Of a stretch of DNA of 64,000 nucleotides, positions 1 to 10,414 are shown piece by piece. Within the stretch, counting starts at the first letter, position 1. Every line of letters starts with the position of its first letter. The stretch comes from Chitinophagaceae bacterium (GTDB lineage: Bacteria > Bacteroidota > Bacteroidia > Chitinophagales > Chitinophagaceae), in the NCBI GenBank assembly GCA_044229375.1, contig JBGATE010000001.1, positions 618-64,617 of the forward strand, read 5' to 3'. A model generated the notes under the pieces. That model searched no databases. It worked only from the letters and a program-made list of their open reading frames with translations, and had not been told where the DNA came from. The position numbers were made by a program, and so were the translations under genes.

Positions 1-1
1 C

Positions 2-1024
2 CAGACCATTCCGCAGGTAAGCGGTATGTATGGAGGTGACCGGAGCCGCAAACTGGTACTGGTGGATTATGGTTTCCGCCTGCCCTCCGCACTGGATAAC
101 CGCCCGCTGAATTTTCATGAATTTGAATCGCTGATCAACCAGACCATTTATGTATCTGCCACCCCTGATGATTATGAACTGGAAAAATGCGGGGGTGTGG
201 TGGTGGAGCAGGTGGTAAGGCCAACGGGTCTGCTGGAGCCGCCCATTGAAATACGTCCTTCGGTGAACCAGATCGATGACCTGCTGGACGAGATCGATAA
301 AAGGATAAAAATGGGCGACCGGGTGCTGGTCACCACACTCACCAAAAGGATGGCGGAGGAAATGGATAAATACCTGCACCGCATCAATGTGAAGTCAAAA
401 TATATTCATAGCGAAGTGGATACCCTGGAAAGGATTGAAATTCTACGGGAGCTGCGCCTGGGAAAAATTGATGTACTGGTAGGAGTGAACCTCTTACGGG
501 AAGGACTCGACCTTCCGGAGGTTTCGCTGGTCGCCATTCTCGATGCGGACAAAGAAGGATTTCTCCGCAATGAAAAATCGCTTACACAAACTGCCGGCCG
601 CGCGGCAAGAAATGTAAATGGCCTGGTGATCTTCTATGCGGATAAGATGACGGACAGTATGCAGAAAACGATCAATGAAACGATGCGCCGGCGGGAGAAG
701 CAAGTAGCCTTTAATATCGAACACGGCATCACTCCGGTCACCATTTCAAAATCAACCAAAGAAGTATTTGCACAAACTTCTGTTCTTGATATAAAAGGAT
801 ATGATCCGGCCAATCCTTATGCCATTGCTCCGGATGAAGACATGGTGACGGTTGCTGCGGAAGAACAGGTGGAATACAAGACCATCCCCCAGTTGGAAAA
901 AGCTCTCGGCAAGATCAAAAAGGAAATGGAGAAAGCGGCGAGGGACCTTGATTTTATGGAGGCGGCAAGGCTAAGGGACGAGATGTTTATCCTTCAGAAA
1001 AAATTAGAGGAGATGAAGAAGTAA
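2..1024 (+). CDS. uvrB: Excinuclease ABC subunit B (5'-truncated by window edge)
   Basis: [47 protein letters not shown] and QTAGRAARN motifs, plus C-terminal UVR coiled-coil ([11 protein letters not shown]). The frame is open from position 2. Confidence 0.97.
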   Translation, partial: QTIPQVSGMYGGDRSRKLVLVDYGFRLPSALDNRPLNFHEFESLINQTIYVSATPDDYELEKCGGVVVEQVVRPTGLLEPPIEIRPSVNQIDDLLDEIDKRIKMGDRVLVTTLTKRMAEEMDKYLHRINVKSKYIHSEVDTLERIEILRELRLGKIDVLVGVNLLREGLDLPEVSLVAILDADKEGFLRNEKSLTQTAGRAARNVNGLVIFYADKMTDSMQKTINETMRRREKQVAFNIEHGITPVTISKSTKEVFAQTSVLDIKGYDPANPYAIAPDEDMVTVAAEEQVEYKTIPQLEKALGKIKKEMEKAARDLDFMEAARLRDEMFILQKKLEEMKK

Positions 1025-1176
1025 CACTCGTAGATTTACGATTCCCCACAAAGTATTTGTGCCCGTTTTCCCTAAAAACCATTGCCTTGTGCTTGCAGGC
1101 AGCTATACCCCTCTCTATCTTAGCCTTCGAAACCGAACTAAATCCAATTCTTGTAAAACCAGTAAATCCAATAGTT

Positions 1177-1440
1177 ATGAAAAGACGTGTCCGTAAAATC
1201 GCCAATTTCTTTGCCTTTAACCTGCTGTTCTTTGCCCTTTACCTGAATTTTATTCATAAAGACAAGGCCCCGGTGAATTTTGCCGGTGAGCAGGCTGCTA
1301 TCCAGCAAAATACGGCCGCCTTCAGCGGTACAATACTGGTGGAATCAAAGCAGGCTGAAAAGAAAGCAACTGTTACCCCCGCTTCCGAGCCAAAAGCTGA
1401 AAATAGCAGTACGGCAGCGCTGAAATTGTCCATTAACTAA
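1177..1440 (+). CDS. Small hypothetical membrane protein
   Basis: MKRRVRKIANFFAFNLLFFALYLNFIH: basic N-terminus plus hydrophobic segment. ATG at 1177 is preferred over the ORF-track start. Followed by a terminator. Confidence 0.65.
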   Translation: MKRRVRKIANFFAFNLLFFALYLNFIHKDKAPVNFAGEQAAIQQNTAAFSGTILVESKQAEKKATVTPASEPKAENSSTAALKLSIN

Positions 1441-1464
1441 GCAAAGCAGCGTTAACATAACGAT

Positions 1465-1491
1465 ACCCCGGCTATAAATGCCGGGGTTCTT
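1465..1491 (+). terminator. Intrinsic terminator hairpin
   Basis: accccggc-tataaat-gccggggt followed by tctt. Confidence 0.6.
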
Positions 1492-1535
1492 GCGTTTCAG
1501 GCACCGTCTCCCGGTGATTTCTTTACCTTAGGGGC

Positions 1536-4412
1536 ATGGAAAAAAAGGTCTTCCTTCTCGACGCTTTTGCCCTTGTTTTCAGGGCATACTATGCGCTTAT
1601 CCGGAATCCCCGGATCACTTCCAAAGGAAAAAACACCAATGCGCAGTTTGGTTTCACCAATACCCTGGTGGAACTGATCAATAAGCAAAAACCCTCCCAT
1701 ATGGCGGTTTGTTTTGATACTTCTGCGCCTACAGAACGACATACTGATTTCGCCGATTACAAAGCCAACCGCCAGGAAACGCCGGAGGACATCAGCGCCG
1801 CGGTACCCGATATCAAAAAAATCATTGAAGGTTTCAATATCCCCATCATCGCTGTGGATGGTTACGAGGCCGATGATGTGATCGGCACCCTCAGCAAACA
1901 GGCAGAAAAGGCGGGATACGAAGTGTACATGGTTACGCCCGACAAGGATTACGGTCAGCTGGTTTCCAAAAAGGTCAAGATCTATAAACCATCCTACCAG
2001 GGAAATGATGTAGAGATCATGGGACCGGAGGAGGTTTGTGCCAAATGGAACATCAAAAGCGTGGAACAGGTGGTGGATATGCTGGGTATGATGGGTGACG
2101 CGGTCGATAATATTCCGGGTATTCCCGGTGTGGGAGAAAAAACGGCGGCAAAATTCCTCGCGGAATACGGCTCGCTGGAAAATACACTGAAGAACGCCGA
2201 AAAGATCAAAGGCGCCATGGGTGAAAAAGTAAAGAAGGGAAAAGAAATGGCGATCCTCTCCAAGAAGCTGGCCACGATCATTACCAATGCACCCGTTGAA
2301 TTTCATGTAGAAGATTTCAGGCTGAAAGAATGGGATAAGGAAAAACTGAAACAGGTATTTGCCGAACTGGAATTCAAAACACTCGGGAAGCGGTTACTCG
2401 GGGAGGATTTTTCAATAGGAACAACCTCAAAAGGAGTAGTGGAGAAAGAAATACCGCAGGGGGTGCAAACGGATTTGTTCGGGAACGTTATTGAGAGCCG
2501 GCAGTCAACCGTCAGCAGTCAACCGTCAACAGCCGGCAGTCTTGCGGCTGATCAGGATGGCGGTGAGGAAAATGAAACACTGGTGGTTGACAAGAATATT
2601 CATAACACTCCGCACAAATATGAATTGGTGGAAGGAGATCCGGCGATCAGAAAGCTGGTAGCTGAATTGAAAAAACATGCGGAGATCTGTTTTGACAGCG
2701 AGACCACGGGGATAGACGCAAATGATGCCGAACTGGTGGGATTGAGTTTTTCCGTTAAACCGGGTGAAGCGTATTATGTTCCCTGTCCGGCCGATCAAAA
2801 AAGGACCAAAGAGATACTGGCACTGTTTGAACCCCTGTTTTCCGATAAGAAAAAAACATGGATCGGACAGAACACCAAGTACGACCTGCTGATCCTGAAA
2901 TGGTACGGCATTGAACCCGCGGGGAAAATTTTTGATACCATGCTGGCGCATTATGTGATCGAGCCCGATGGTAAAAGAGGAATGGACATACTGAGTGAAA
3001 AATACCTTGGCTATGAACCGGTTCATATCGAAGAGCTCATCGGGAAAAAAGGAAAGACCCAGGGGACCATGCGGGATGTGGAAATAGAAAAAGTAAAAGA
3101 ATATGCCGGTGAGGACGCCGATATCACATTGCAGCTTAAAAAGGCCTTTGTCCCGCTGCTGAAAGAAAGAGAAGTGGAAAAAGTCTTTAATGAAGTGGAG
3201 AACCCGCTGGTAAAAGTGCTGGTGGATATGGAATTCGAAGGCATCAAAGTGGATGTGGATTTCCTGAACGACTATTCCAAAGAACTGGAAAAAGACGCGA
3301 AAAAAGCCGAAGAAAGTGTTTACAAACAGGCCGGTGTTCGTTTCAACCTGGCCTCTCCCAAACAACTGGGTGAAGTGTTGTTTGATAAACTGAAACTGGA
3401 CCCCTCCGCCAAAAAAACCAAGACCGGCCAATACCAGACAGGAGAGGATGTTTTATTAAAACTTGCCGTTAAAGGACACCCCATCGTGGAGGATATCCTC
3501 ACGTTCCGTGAGCTGACAAAACTGAAATCTACCTATGTGGATTCACTTCCGCAACTGATCAACCGGAAAACAGGAAGGGTGCATACCACTTATGGGCAGG
3601 CGGTGGCAGTAACCGGCCGCCTGGCCAGCAACAACCCCAATCTTCAGAATATTCCCGTGCGGACCGACAGGGGAAAAGAGATCAGGAAAGCATTCATACC
3701 CAGGGACAGCAAGCATATTTTATTGTCCGCCGACTATTCGCAAATAGAACTGCGGATCGTAGCCGCCATCAGCGGCGATAAGAATATGTGCAAGGCTTTC
3801 AAAGACGGGACCGACATTCATACAGCTACCGCTTCAAGGGTGTACAATGTGGAGGAAAAAGAGGTAACCAAGGAAATGCGTTACAAGGCCAAGAGTGTGA
3901 ATTTCGGAATCATCTACGGACAGGGTGCATTCGGGCTGGCGGATAACCTGGGCATCAGCCGTGCAGAAGCGAAAGAGATCATTGACAATTATAAAAAGCA
4001 GTTCCCCGGAATCCAGAAATACATGGATGATACGATCAACTTCGCCCGGGAAAACGGTTACGTGGAAACGCTGATGGGCCGTAAAAGATGGTTACGGGAC
4101 ATCAACTCCGCCAACTTCACGGTACGTGGTTTTGCGGAACGGAACGCCATCAATTCCCCTATCCAGGGCAGCGCGGCCGATATGATCAAGCTGGCCATGC
4201 AACGGGTGCACGCTGCCATGAAAAAGGAAAAGATGCAGAGCAAGATGCTGCTGCAGGTGCATGATGAACTGGTATTTGACGCGCTGAAGACGGAAGTAAA
4301 AGAACTCAAACCCCTCGTCATCGAAAATATGCAGGCAGCCCTGCCCTTGCCGCACAAAGTACCGGTGATCGCCGAATGCGGAGAAGGGAAAAACTGGCTG
4401 GAGGCACATTAA
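1536..4412 (+). CDS. polA: DNA polymerase I
   Basis: 5'-3' exonuclease (YEADDVIGTL, TPDKD, GDAVDNIPGIPGVGEKTA), 3'-5' exonuclease (FDSETTG, YAGEDAD) and polymerase motifs (SADYSQIELR, KSVNFGIIYG, LQVHDELVF). Confidence 0.98.
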   Translation: MEKKVFLLDAFALVFRAYYALIRNPRITSKGKNTNAQFGFTNTLVELINKQKPSHMAVCFDTSAPTERHTDFADYKANRQETPEDISAAVPDIKKIIEGFNIPIIAVDGYEADDVIGTLSKQAEKAGYEVYMVTPDKDYGQLVSKKVKIYKPSYQGNDVEIMGPEEVCAKWNIKSVEQVVDMLGMMGDAVDNIPGIPGVGEKTAAKFLAEYGSLENTLKNAEKIKGAMGEKVKKGKEMAILSKKLATIITNAPVEFHVEDFRLKEWDKEKLKQVFAELEFKTLGKRLLGEDFSIGTTSKGVVEKEIPQGVQTDLFGNVIESRQSTVSSQPSTAGSLAADQDGGEENETLVVDKNIHNTPHKYELVEGDPAIRKLVAELKKHAEICFDSETTGIDANDAELVGLSFSVKPGEAYYVPCPADQKRTKEILALFEPLFSDKKKTWIGQNTKYDLLILKWYGIEPAGKIFDTMLAHYVIEPDGKRGMDILSEKYLGYEPVHIEELIGKKGKTQGTMRDVEIEKVKEYAGEDADITLQLKKAFVPLLKEREVEKVFNEVENPLVKVLVDMEFEGIKVDVDFLNDYSKELEKDAKKAEESVYKQAGVRFNLASPKQLGEVLFDKLKLDPSAKKTKTGQYQTGEDVLLKLAVKGHPIVEDILTFRELTKLKSTYVDSLPQLINRKTGRVHTTYGQAVAVTGRLASNNPNLQNIPVRTDRGKEIRKAFIPRDSKHILLSADYSQIELRIVAAISGDKNMCKAFKDGTDIHTATASRVYNVEEKEVTKEMRYKAKSVNFGIIYGQGAFGLADNLGISRAEAKEIIDNYKKQFPGIQKYMDDTINFARENGYVETLMGRKRWLRDINSANFTVRGFAERNAINSPIQGSAADMIKLAMQRVHAAMKKEKMQSKMLLQVHDELVFDALKTEVKELKPLVIENMQAALPLPHKVPVIAECGEGKNWLEAH
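2496..2541. repeat. Degenerate 7-bp tandem repeat inside the polA interdomain linker
   Basis: agccggc agtcaac cgtcagc agtcaac cgtcaac agccggc agtc: six heptamers (42 bp, frame-preserving) encoding SRQSTVSSQPSTAGS. Confidence 0.6.
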
Positions 4413-4425
4413 TATAACATTCCTG

Positions 4426-5343
4426 ATGATACTTACCGTAACGCTCAACCCCTGCATCGATAAAAGTTCAAAAGTTGACCTGTTAAAACCAGAAAGCAAA
4501 CTGCGGTGCACGGAGATCGTGAATGAACCCGGTGGCGGCGGCATCAATGTAAGCAAGGCTTTACAAAGACTGGGCACTCCTTCTGTGGCGTTGTTTCCTG
4601 CCGGCGGGCATAACGGGAATATGCTTTGTTCCCTGCTCAAGGAAGAAGGGATCCTTTTTCATGCGGTAGATACCAAAGAAGAGACCCGGGAAAACTGGGT
4701 GGTGCTCGAAACCTCCACCAACAAACAATTCCGTTTCGTCTTTCCCGGAAGGGAGGTGCCTGAGGCGACCATCAAAACGCTGGTGGACCAGATCCGCTCC
4801 TTTGCACCTTCCTTTGTAGTGGCCAGCGGCAGCCTGCCCCCCGGTTTACCTGATTATTTCTATGGGTTGATCGTAAAAAACGCCGCAGCGGTGGGCGCTA
4901 AATGCATTGTGGATACAAGTGGTTCGGCCCTGCAGGCATTGAAGGGAAAGAAAGCATACCTTATCAAACCAAATGCCGGTGAACTATGTAAAATGCTGAA
5001 TGTGGAATGGCTTGATAAGGTCGAAATCCCCGATGCGGCGCAGCAAGCCATTTCAGATGGTTTCGCGGAGATCATTGTTGTATCCATGGGAGCGGAAGGC
5101 GCCTGGCTGGTGAGCCACGACAAACGATACTTCGTGGAAGCGCCTTTCGTTGAAAAAAGAAGTACCGTAGGCGCCGGCGACAGCATGGTGGCAGGTATCA
5201 CGCATTCCCTCCAGGATAATATGACGCTGCGGGAAGCCATCCGGTTTGGTGTGGCCTGCGGAAGCGCCGCAACCATGAATGAAGGCACGCAGCTATTCCA
5301 TAAAGAAGATGCAGAAAGATTATTTGCACAGATCAATGAATGA
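4426..5343 (+). CDS. 1-phosphofructokinase family hexose kinase (PfkB family)
   Basis: MILTVTLNPCID, PGGGGINV, SGSLPPG, IKPN and STVGAGDSMVAG PfkB signatures. Confidence 0.92.
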   Translation: MILTVTLNPCIDKSSKVDLLKPESKLRCTEIVNEPGGGGINVSKALQRLGTPSVALFPAGGHNGNMLCSLLKEEGILFHAVDTKEETRENWVVLETSTNKQFRFVFPGREVPEATIKTLVDQIRSFAPSFVVASGSLPPGLPDYFYGLIVKNAAAVGAKCIVDTSGSALQALKGKKAYLIKPNAGELCKMLNVEWLDKVEIPDAAQQAISDGFAEIIVVSMGAEGAWLVSHDKRYFVEAPFVEKRSTVGAGDSMVAGITHSLQDNMTLREAIRFGVACGSAATMNEGTQLFHKEDAERLFAQINE

Positions 5344-5355
5344 AATTCCGCTCCG

Positions 5356-5730
5356 ATGAAAAAAGATATAACGAACCGCGAAGATCTTCTGCTCCTGGTC
5401 ACGCGGTTCTATGAGAAACTGCTCAGCGATCCGTCCATCCGTTATATTTTCACGGATGTAGCCAGGATAGATCTTGATCATCACCTGACCGTGCTGGTAG
5501 ACTTCTGGGATTCTGTGTTGTTCCAGTCCGACACCTACCGGAAGAATGCGATGCAGCCGCATCTGTTGTTGCATCAGCGTTCAGCCCTGACTCCTCAGCA
5601 TTTTACTATATGGCTCCGCTATTTTACGGAAACAGTAGATGAACTCTTTGAAGGGGAAACAGCTTTCATCGCCAAAGAGCGGGCCAATAGCATCGCAACC
5701 GTGATGCGTATAAAAATCAAGCAGTTATAA
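5356..5730 (+). CDS. Group III truncated hemoglobin
   Basis: DI..REDL..LV..FY, HL..LVDFW.SVL, AMQPH, HF..WL..F.ETVDELF.G pattern. Confidence 0.88.
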   Translation: MKKDITNREDLLLLVTRFYEKLLSDPSIRYIFTDVARIDLDHHLTVLVDFWDSVLFQSDTYRKNAMQPHLLLHQRSALTPQHFTIWLRYFTETVDELFEGETAFIAKERANSIATVMRIKIKQL

Positions 5731-5829
5731 TTAACAACTGTATTTCACCCCTGAATTCGGGCAGTTTACTCCTCAATTTTTTGTCAGCCACTGGCAGAGT
5801 TTGTACCTTATCCATCTAAATTTTTATAT

Positions 5830-6477
5830 ATGAAACAAAAACTACTGACTATTTGTGCGGCTGTTTTGTTACTGGCGGCCTGCAACAATGAGAAAAAGGA
5901 AGAAACGAAATCCCCGGATACCGTTTCTTCGGGAGATACAAAAGAAAAGGAATGGGTAGCGGTTGACTCCGCTACGATGATGAAAGCATGGATGGAATAT
6001 TCCACACCCGGTGATCCGCATAAAAAGCTGGCAGCAGCCAATGGCACATGGGATGCCGAGGTTACCAGCTGGATGGCCATGGGCGCCCCGCCAACCGTGA
6101 GCAAGGGGAGTGCAGTGAACAGGATGGTCATGGACGGACGTTACCAGGTGTCTGAATTCAGTGGCGACATGATGGGCATGCCTTTTAATGGATTAAGCAC
6201 AACTGCCTATGATAATTATAAGAAAGTATTTGTGAGCACCTGGATCGACAATATGGGTACCGGGATCATGACCATGGAAGGGCCCTGGGATGAGGCTACC
6301 AAAACCATGACCCTTATGGGAAAGTATCCGAACCCGGCCAACGGGATGGAATGTGAAATGAAAGAAACCTTTACGATGACGGATGATAATAACCAGGTAA
6401 TGGAAATGTATGGTCCCGATCCTCAGACCGGCAAACAGTACAAGACCATGCAGATCAAGTTTACGCGGAAAAAATAA
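5830..6477 (+). CDS. DUF1579-like lipoprotein
   Basis: Lipobox LAAC; TPGDPHKKLA, G.WD, GMPFNG, YDNYKKVFVSTWIDNMGTG. Confidence 0.8.
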   Translation: MKQKLLTICAAVLLLAACNNEKKEETKSPDTVSSGDTKEKEWVAVDSATMMKAWMEYSTPGDPHKKLAAANGTWDAEVTSWMAMGAPPTVSKGSAVNRMVMDGRYQVSEFSGDMMGMPFNGLSTTAYDNYKKVFVSTWIDNMGTGIMTMEGPWDEATKTMTLMGKYPNPANGMECEMKETFTMTDDNNQVMEMYGPDPQTGKQYKTMQIKFTRKK

Positions 6478-6486
6478 TTGATGGGT

Positions 6487-6525
6487 AAATAAAAAACCCT
6501 GAATTGGATTCAGGGTTTTTTATTT
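6487..6525. terminator. Bidirectional intrinsic terminator
   Basis: aaataaaaaaccctgaat-tgg-attcagggttttttattt between convergent genes. Confidence 0.85.
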
Positions 6526-7402
6526 ACTTGTCTTTGGGTGTCTTTTCCATCGGCAATTCAGGAATCCGGCTCCATTCCTGCATCGAACCATCATACAACT
6601 TGACATTATAGCCCAGTGACCGGCCGGTCAGGTAGATCACACTGGCCGTCTGGCCAATAAAACAATAGGTGACGATCTCTTTCGATTTGTCAGGAAGCAC
6701 TTTTTGGAAGTTTTGGAGCAGGGAATCGGCCGGTTTAATGCTGTTGGAAGCATCGATCATGTCCGGGTAGGGGAGATTCAACGCACCCGCTATATGCCCG
6801 TCTCTCGGATTCCCGGTTGGGTCGCCGTCATAATACCGTTTAATCCTTGCGTCAACCACTTCCGCGGATTTTGTTTGCAATGATTTTACCACGTACTCTT
6901 TATCCACCAATGCCGGGTTGTTTACCGTTGCTACAAAGTTTCCCTTTTTATAGACAGGGACTTCGTTCGTGACGGGAAATCCGGCTTTCTTCCAGGCCAC
7001 CAACCCGCCGTTCAAATAATATACCCGGTCTTTTAATCCTAAATACTCCAGGGTTAAAAACATCCTCGCTGTAATACTTACATCGCCATAGTTATGGCAT
7101 AAAACAATTTTTGAATTTTTATTGATGCCCAGGTCCTGCAGAACATTGGTGGCTGCTTTAGGATCCGGGGGATTGTAAGTGCCTTCGGGAGAATTGGCGG
7201 TTAGCCAATCCGGCCAGAGAAACCTGGCGCCTTTGATATGCTCTTTTTCATAATCCATTTTCAGGAAGCTTGGCTGAATGATTATCAGATCGGGATCGTT
7301 CAGGTTATCATTCAACCATTGGGAGGAAACGATCACAGGTTGCTGCCCTTTTGCAACAGCAAAAAACAGCGAAATGATTACGGCCAGGTATAGCTTTTTC
7401 AT
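6524..7402 (-). CDS. Secreted tandem-domain rhodanese/sulfurtransferase
   Basis: Signal peptide MKKLYLAVII; HIKGA, LNGGLVAW, GHIAGA, catalytic YCFIG, LYDGSMQEW. Confidence 0.9.
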   Translation of the reverse strand: MKKLYLAVIISLFFAVAKGQQPVIVSSQWLNDNLNDPDLIIIQPSFLKMDYEKEHIKGARFLWPDWLTANSPEGTYNPPDPKAATNVLQDLGINKNSKIVLCHNYGDVSITARMFLTLEYLGLKDRVYYLNGGLVAWKKAGFPVTNEVPVYKKGNFVATVNNPALVDKEYVVKSLQTKSAEVVDARIKRYYDGDPTGNPRDGHIAGALNLPYPDMIDASNSIKPADSLLQNFQKVLPDKSKEIVTYCFIGQTASVIYLTGRSLGYNVKLYDGSMQEWSRIPELPMEKTPKDK

Positions 7403-7490
7403 ATTGGTGAAGTTATGAAAGTAAATTACGCCGGTGTGCTGCCGGGGAAAAAGCATATTTTACAAATGGCGGAATAACCTCCTTAACCGG

Positions 7491-9479
7491 TCATTTTAAA
7501 TTTATTACATGCGCCAGTCCGTCCGTTTCGGTGATCACCAGTCGTTTACCGTCACCGGAAAATGAAACGGTATACAGTTCATGTGCAAAACCAAACAGGG
7601 TAAGTGTATTGATGCCATTGTTCGCGTTCCAGAAACGAACGGTCCTGTCATAAGAAGCGGTTACCGCTATGGGAAGATAAGGATGAAAGGCTGCCCCGTA
7701 CACCCATTTGGAATGGCCTTTCAACGCAATGCTTTTTTTCTTTTTCAGGTTCCAAGCAAAAGCTTCTGCATTTCCGCTTGTCAGCAGGTATTTCCCATCC
7801 GCGGATACCGCCATATTATAAACCGTGGTTCCGCTTTGCAGGCTATCCACAACCGACCAGTTTTTCGTGGAAATAATCTTTACTTTCCCATTCGAACAAC
7901 CAGCATAGATCTGTTTCCCGTCAGGAGAAAATTTTGTGGTGAAGGGGCTCCCGATACCGGGGATCGTTTTAATCGCGGTCGTATCGGAAGTGTTCCATAC
8001 GCGAACGGTATTGTCAGCCGCTGTTACAAACAAATTAAGCAATCCGTTATAATCCATTCCATAGATCACACCCGTATGCCCCTTACCGGTTAATTCCTTT
8101 TTCCCGTTAATAGTATTATAGAGCGTAATATTTCTGTTCCCTGTCGCAACATATTTTCCATCCGAAGAGAATACGGCGGAAAAAGCGGTGGTGCTGTCCA
8201 TGAAAATCTGAGGCTTTCCGGTTGCCAGACTATACAAAGCAAAATACTTATCACTGTTTACGGGGGCCAGCAAGGCCCCGTCGGGGGAAACGGGAGCATT
8301 CCACGGCCCAATAATGCTGGCCCTGAAATCCAATTCAGCGGGGTTATCGAGATCCCATATTTTGATGGTATTGTCAGAGGAAGCTGTAAATATCTTTTTC
8401 CCGTTCGGATGCCAGGCCAATTGGCTGATCCCGGTCATATGTCCCCTGTATGTAAAAATGTTTGTGGCGGTAGCCGTTCCCCATACTTTCAACAGGCCGT
8501 CATCACCTACACTGGCAAAATATTTTCCATCGGGAGAAAACCGGACCCCGTTCACCCATTCTGTATGGCCCTGCCAGGGCTCAATTGAATAAACCAGTTT
8601 TCCGTCGGTAGCCCTCAGCAATCGTATCTTATTATCTTTCCCGCCCTGTACAACAAACTTATTATCCGGGCTCACATCCATGGATTGTATGGCTGTGTAA
8701 TAATCAAACTCCCGCATATCGTAGTTCCAGTCGGTATTCCCGGATGCAATATCATGCTGTTTGACCTGGAAGCCCCAGGTGCCGGTATAGATCTTTCTGT
8801 CATCTGCTGAAAATTTCACCGCCGATGCCGGGTGATCATCAGTGTTGAACCGCCGAATCAGGCTTCCCGTCTGCACATCCAGCAATTTTGCAAACCCCAC
8901 CACTCCATTTACCCATTCCCAGGAGACAACGGCAATCATTTTGCCATCATGACTGAATGTACACTGGTAGATTCCCTGCTTGAAATCAGCATTATAATTT
9001 CGTATTTCATTCCCGGTTGACAGATCCCAGAGACGCAACGACTTATCCGCAGAACCGCTGATCAGGGTTTTGCAATCAGGGGAAAAATCGAGTGTCGTAA
9101 CCTGACCTTTGTGTGCTTCTATTCTCCGGATAACTCCGTACGTTTCCGTATCCCATATGATCAGGCTGTTATCCGCGGAGCCGGTTGCCATCCATTTTCC
9201 GTTTTTACTTACCGCAATTCCCACAACAGGTTTTGTATGTGCAAAAAGTGTTTGTATACTCCTGTCCGATCTTGTATTCAGTAATTCCCATTCAAACGTT
9301 CTTTTGTTTACCGGTACGGCATTCAGGATCCGTTTTGCTTCGCCCACCTGGTTATGCCGGTAAAATGCTTCGGCAGCTTGTAATTGCGTCAGGTACAATT
9401 CATCACTGGTAGTCATTTTTTGAGCACCTATAAATCCTGGCAGTGAGGAAAAGCATATAATAAGGATGATTTGTTTCAT
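7491..9479 (-). CDS. Secreted WD40-repeat protein (probably two beta-propellers)
   Basis: About 13-14 GH...WD-type repeats; signal peptide MKQIILIICFSSLPGFIGA. Confidence 0.9.
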   Translation of the reverse strand: MKQIILIICFSSLPGFIGAQKMTTSDELYLTQLQAAEAFYRHNQVGEAKRILNAVPVNKRTFEWELLNTRSDRSIQTLFAHTKPVVGIAVSKNGKWMATGSADNSLIIWDTETYGVIRRIEAHKGQVTTLDFSPDCKTLISGSADKSLRLWDLSTGNEIRNYNADFKQGIYQCTFSHDGKMIAVVSWEWVNGVVGFAKLLDVQTGSLIRRFNTDDHPASAVKFSADDRKIYTGTWGFQVKQHDIASGNTDWNYDMREFDYYTAIQSMDVSPDNKFVVQGGKDNKIRLLRATDGKLVYSIEPWQGHTEWVNGVRFSPDGKYFASVGDDGLLKVWGTATATNIFTYRGHMTGISQLAWHPNGKKIFTASSDNTIKIWDLDNPAELDFRASIIGPWNAPVSPDGALLAPVNSDKYFALYSLATGKPQIFMDSTTAFSAVFSSDGKYVATGNRNITLYNTINGKKELTGKGHTGVIYGMDYNGLLNLFVTAADNTVRVWNTSDTTAIKTIPGIGSPFTTKFSPDGKQIYAGCSNGKVKIISTKNWSVVDSLQSGTTVYNMAVSADGKYLLTSGNAEAFAWNLKKKKSIALKGHSKWVYGAAFHPYLPIAVTASYDRTVRFWNANNGINTLTLFGFAHELYTVSFSGDGKRLVITETDGLAHVINLK

Positions 9480-9483
9480 GCTA

Positions 9484-10410
9484 TCAGGGTTTGATAAAGA
9501 AGGGCTGAACTTTTCTTCTCCAATCATTGGTGAGCTGCCGAAATTCAGTGCCATCTGCGTTCACCAGGTAAATGTCAAAATTCCTTGCGCCTTTCTTTCG
9601 CCCGGTAAAAACGATCTGCTTCCCGTCCGGGGAAAAATGACAACTCATTTGTTCCATTTCATCCATTCTTAACAACGGTTTGATGTCGCTGCCATCCCTG
9701 TTCATTATCATCAGGCGATAGGTTTCATCCCAATAACCGGAAAAAACAATCCGGCCATCCGGCGCATTAACCGGACTGCTGCTGCGTAAAACATTCCGGG
9801 TTGTATCCGGGTTGAATGTAAGCCGTTTCAACCCCGTTCCGTCCTTATTGATACTATAGATCTCAAACTCCGCCCAACTCGCGGGATTGCGGTCCCGGTT
9901 GCTGCGGAAGATGATCTTTTTACCATCGGGGGAAAACACCGGTTCGAGGTCAATAGCGGTGTCATTGGTAACCTGCACTTTGTTTGTTCCGTCTCCGTTA
10001 AATAAGAATATGTCGTATTGCGATCTTGCAGCATTGACTGGTTTATGGGAAAAACCACCGGCATACAACCTGGATCTATTATCGTAATCTATATCCTGGT
10101 AAAGTCCTTTGGCATCAAAGAGGAATTTTTCATTCTTTTTTTTTATGTCATAGATATATAACCCCTTCCTCTTCCCTGCCGTATCCTTATCAACCTGGAA
10201 CCAGATCTTATTGCGGGTTGCCATCGGTATCCAGTTGCTGCCGGGATAATCGATGATGGTTTGGATATTGCCCCCCTTCATATCCATGGTATTAATCCAG
10301 TTTTCCGCAACAATGGTGTCCTTCCAGTGTACATAAGCGATCTTCCACTTTCCCTGGGAAAAAGACAGCACGGGGCTGAAGCTAAAGAGAATGAAAAGTA
10401 CTGTTCGCAT
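9484..10410 (-). CDS. TolB-like (PD40 repeat) beta-propeller protein
   Basis: PVFSPDGKKIIFRSNRD, EIYSINKDGTGLKRLT, FSPDGKQIVF; signal peptide. Confidence 0.85.
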   Translation of the reverse strand: MRTVLFILFSFSPVLSFSQGKWKIAYVHWKDTIVAENWINTMDMKGGNIQTIIDYPGSNWIPMATRNKIWFQVDKDTAGKRKGLYIYDIKKKNEKFLFDAKGLYQDIDYDNRSRLYAGGFSHKPVNAARSQYDIFLFNGDGTNKVQVTNDTAIDLEPVFSPDGKKIIFRSNRDRNPASWAEFEIYSINKDGTGLKRLTFNPDTTRNVLRSSSPVNAPDGRIVFSGYWDETYRLMIMNRDGSDIKPLLRMDEMEQMSCHFSPDGKQIVFTGRKKGARNFDIYLVNADGTEFRQLTNDWRRKVQPFFIKP

Positions 10411-10414
10411 ATGT

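Noticed and set aside
1497-4640. Long antisense ORFs over polA (and similar ones over pcrA, the ABC transporter, GH25 and others)
   Set aside because: These are shadow frames of well-supported genes on the opposite strand, with no motifs of their own.
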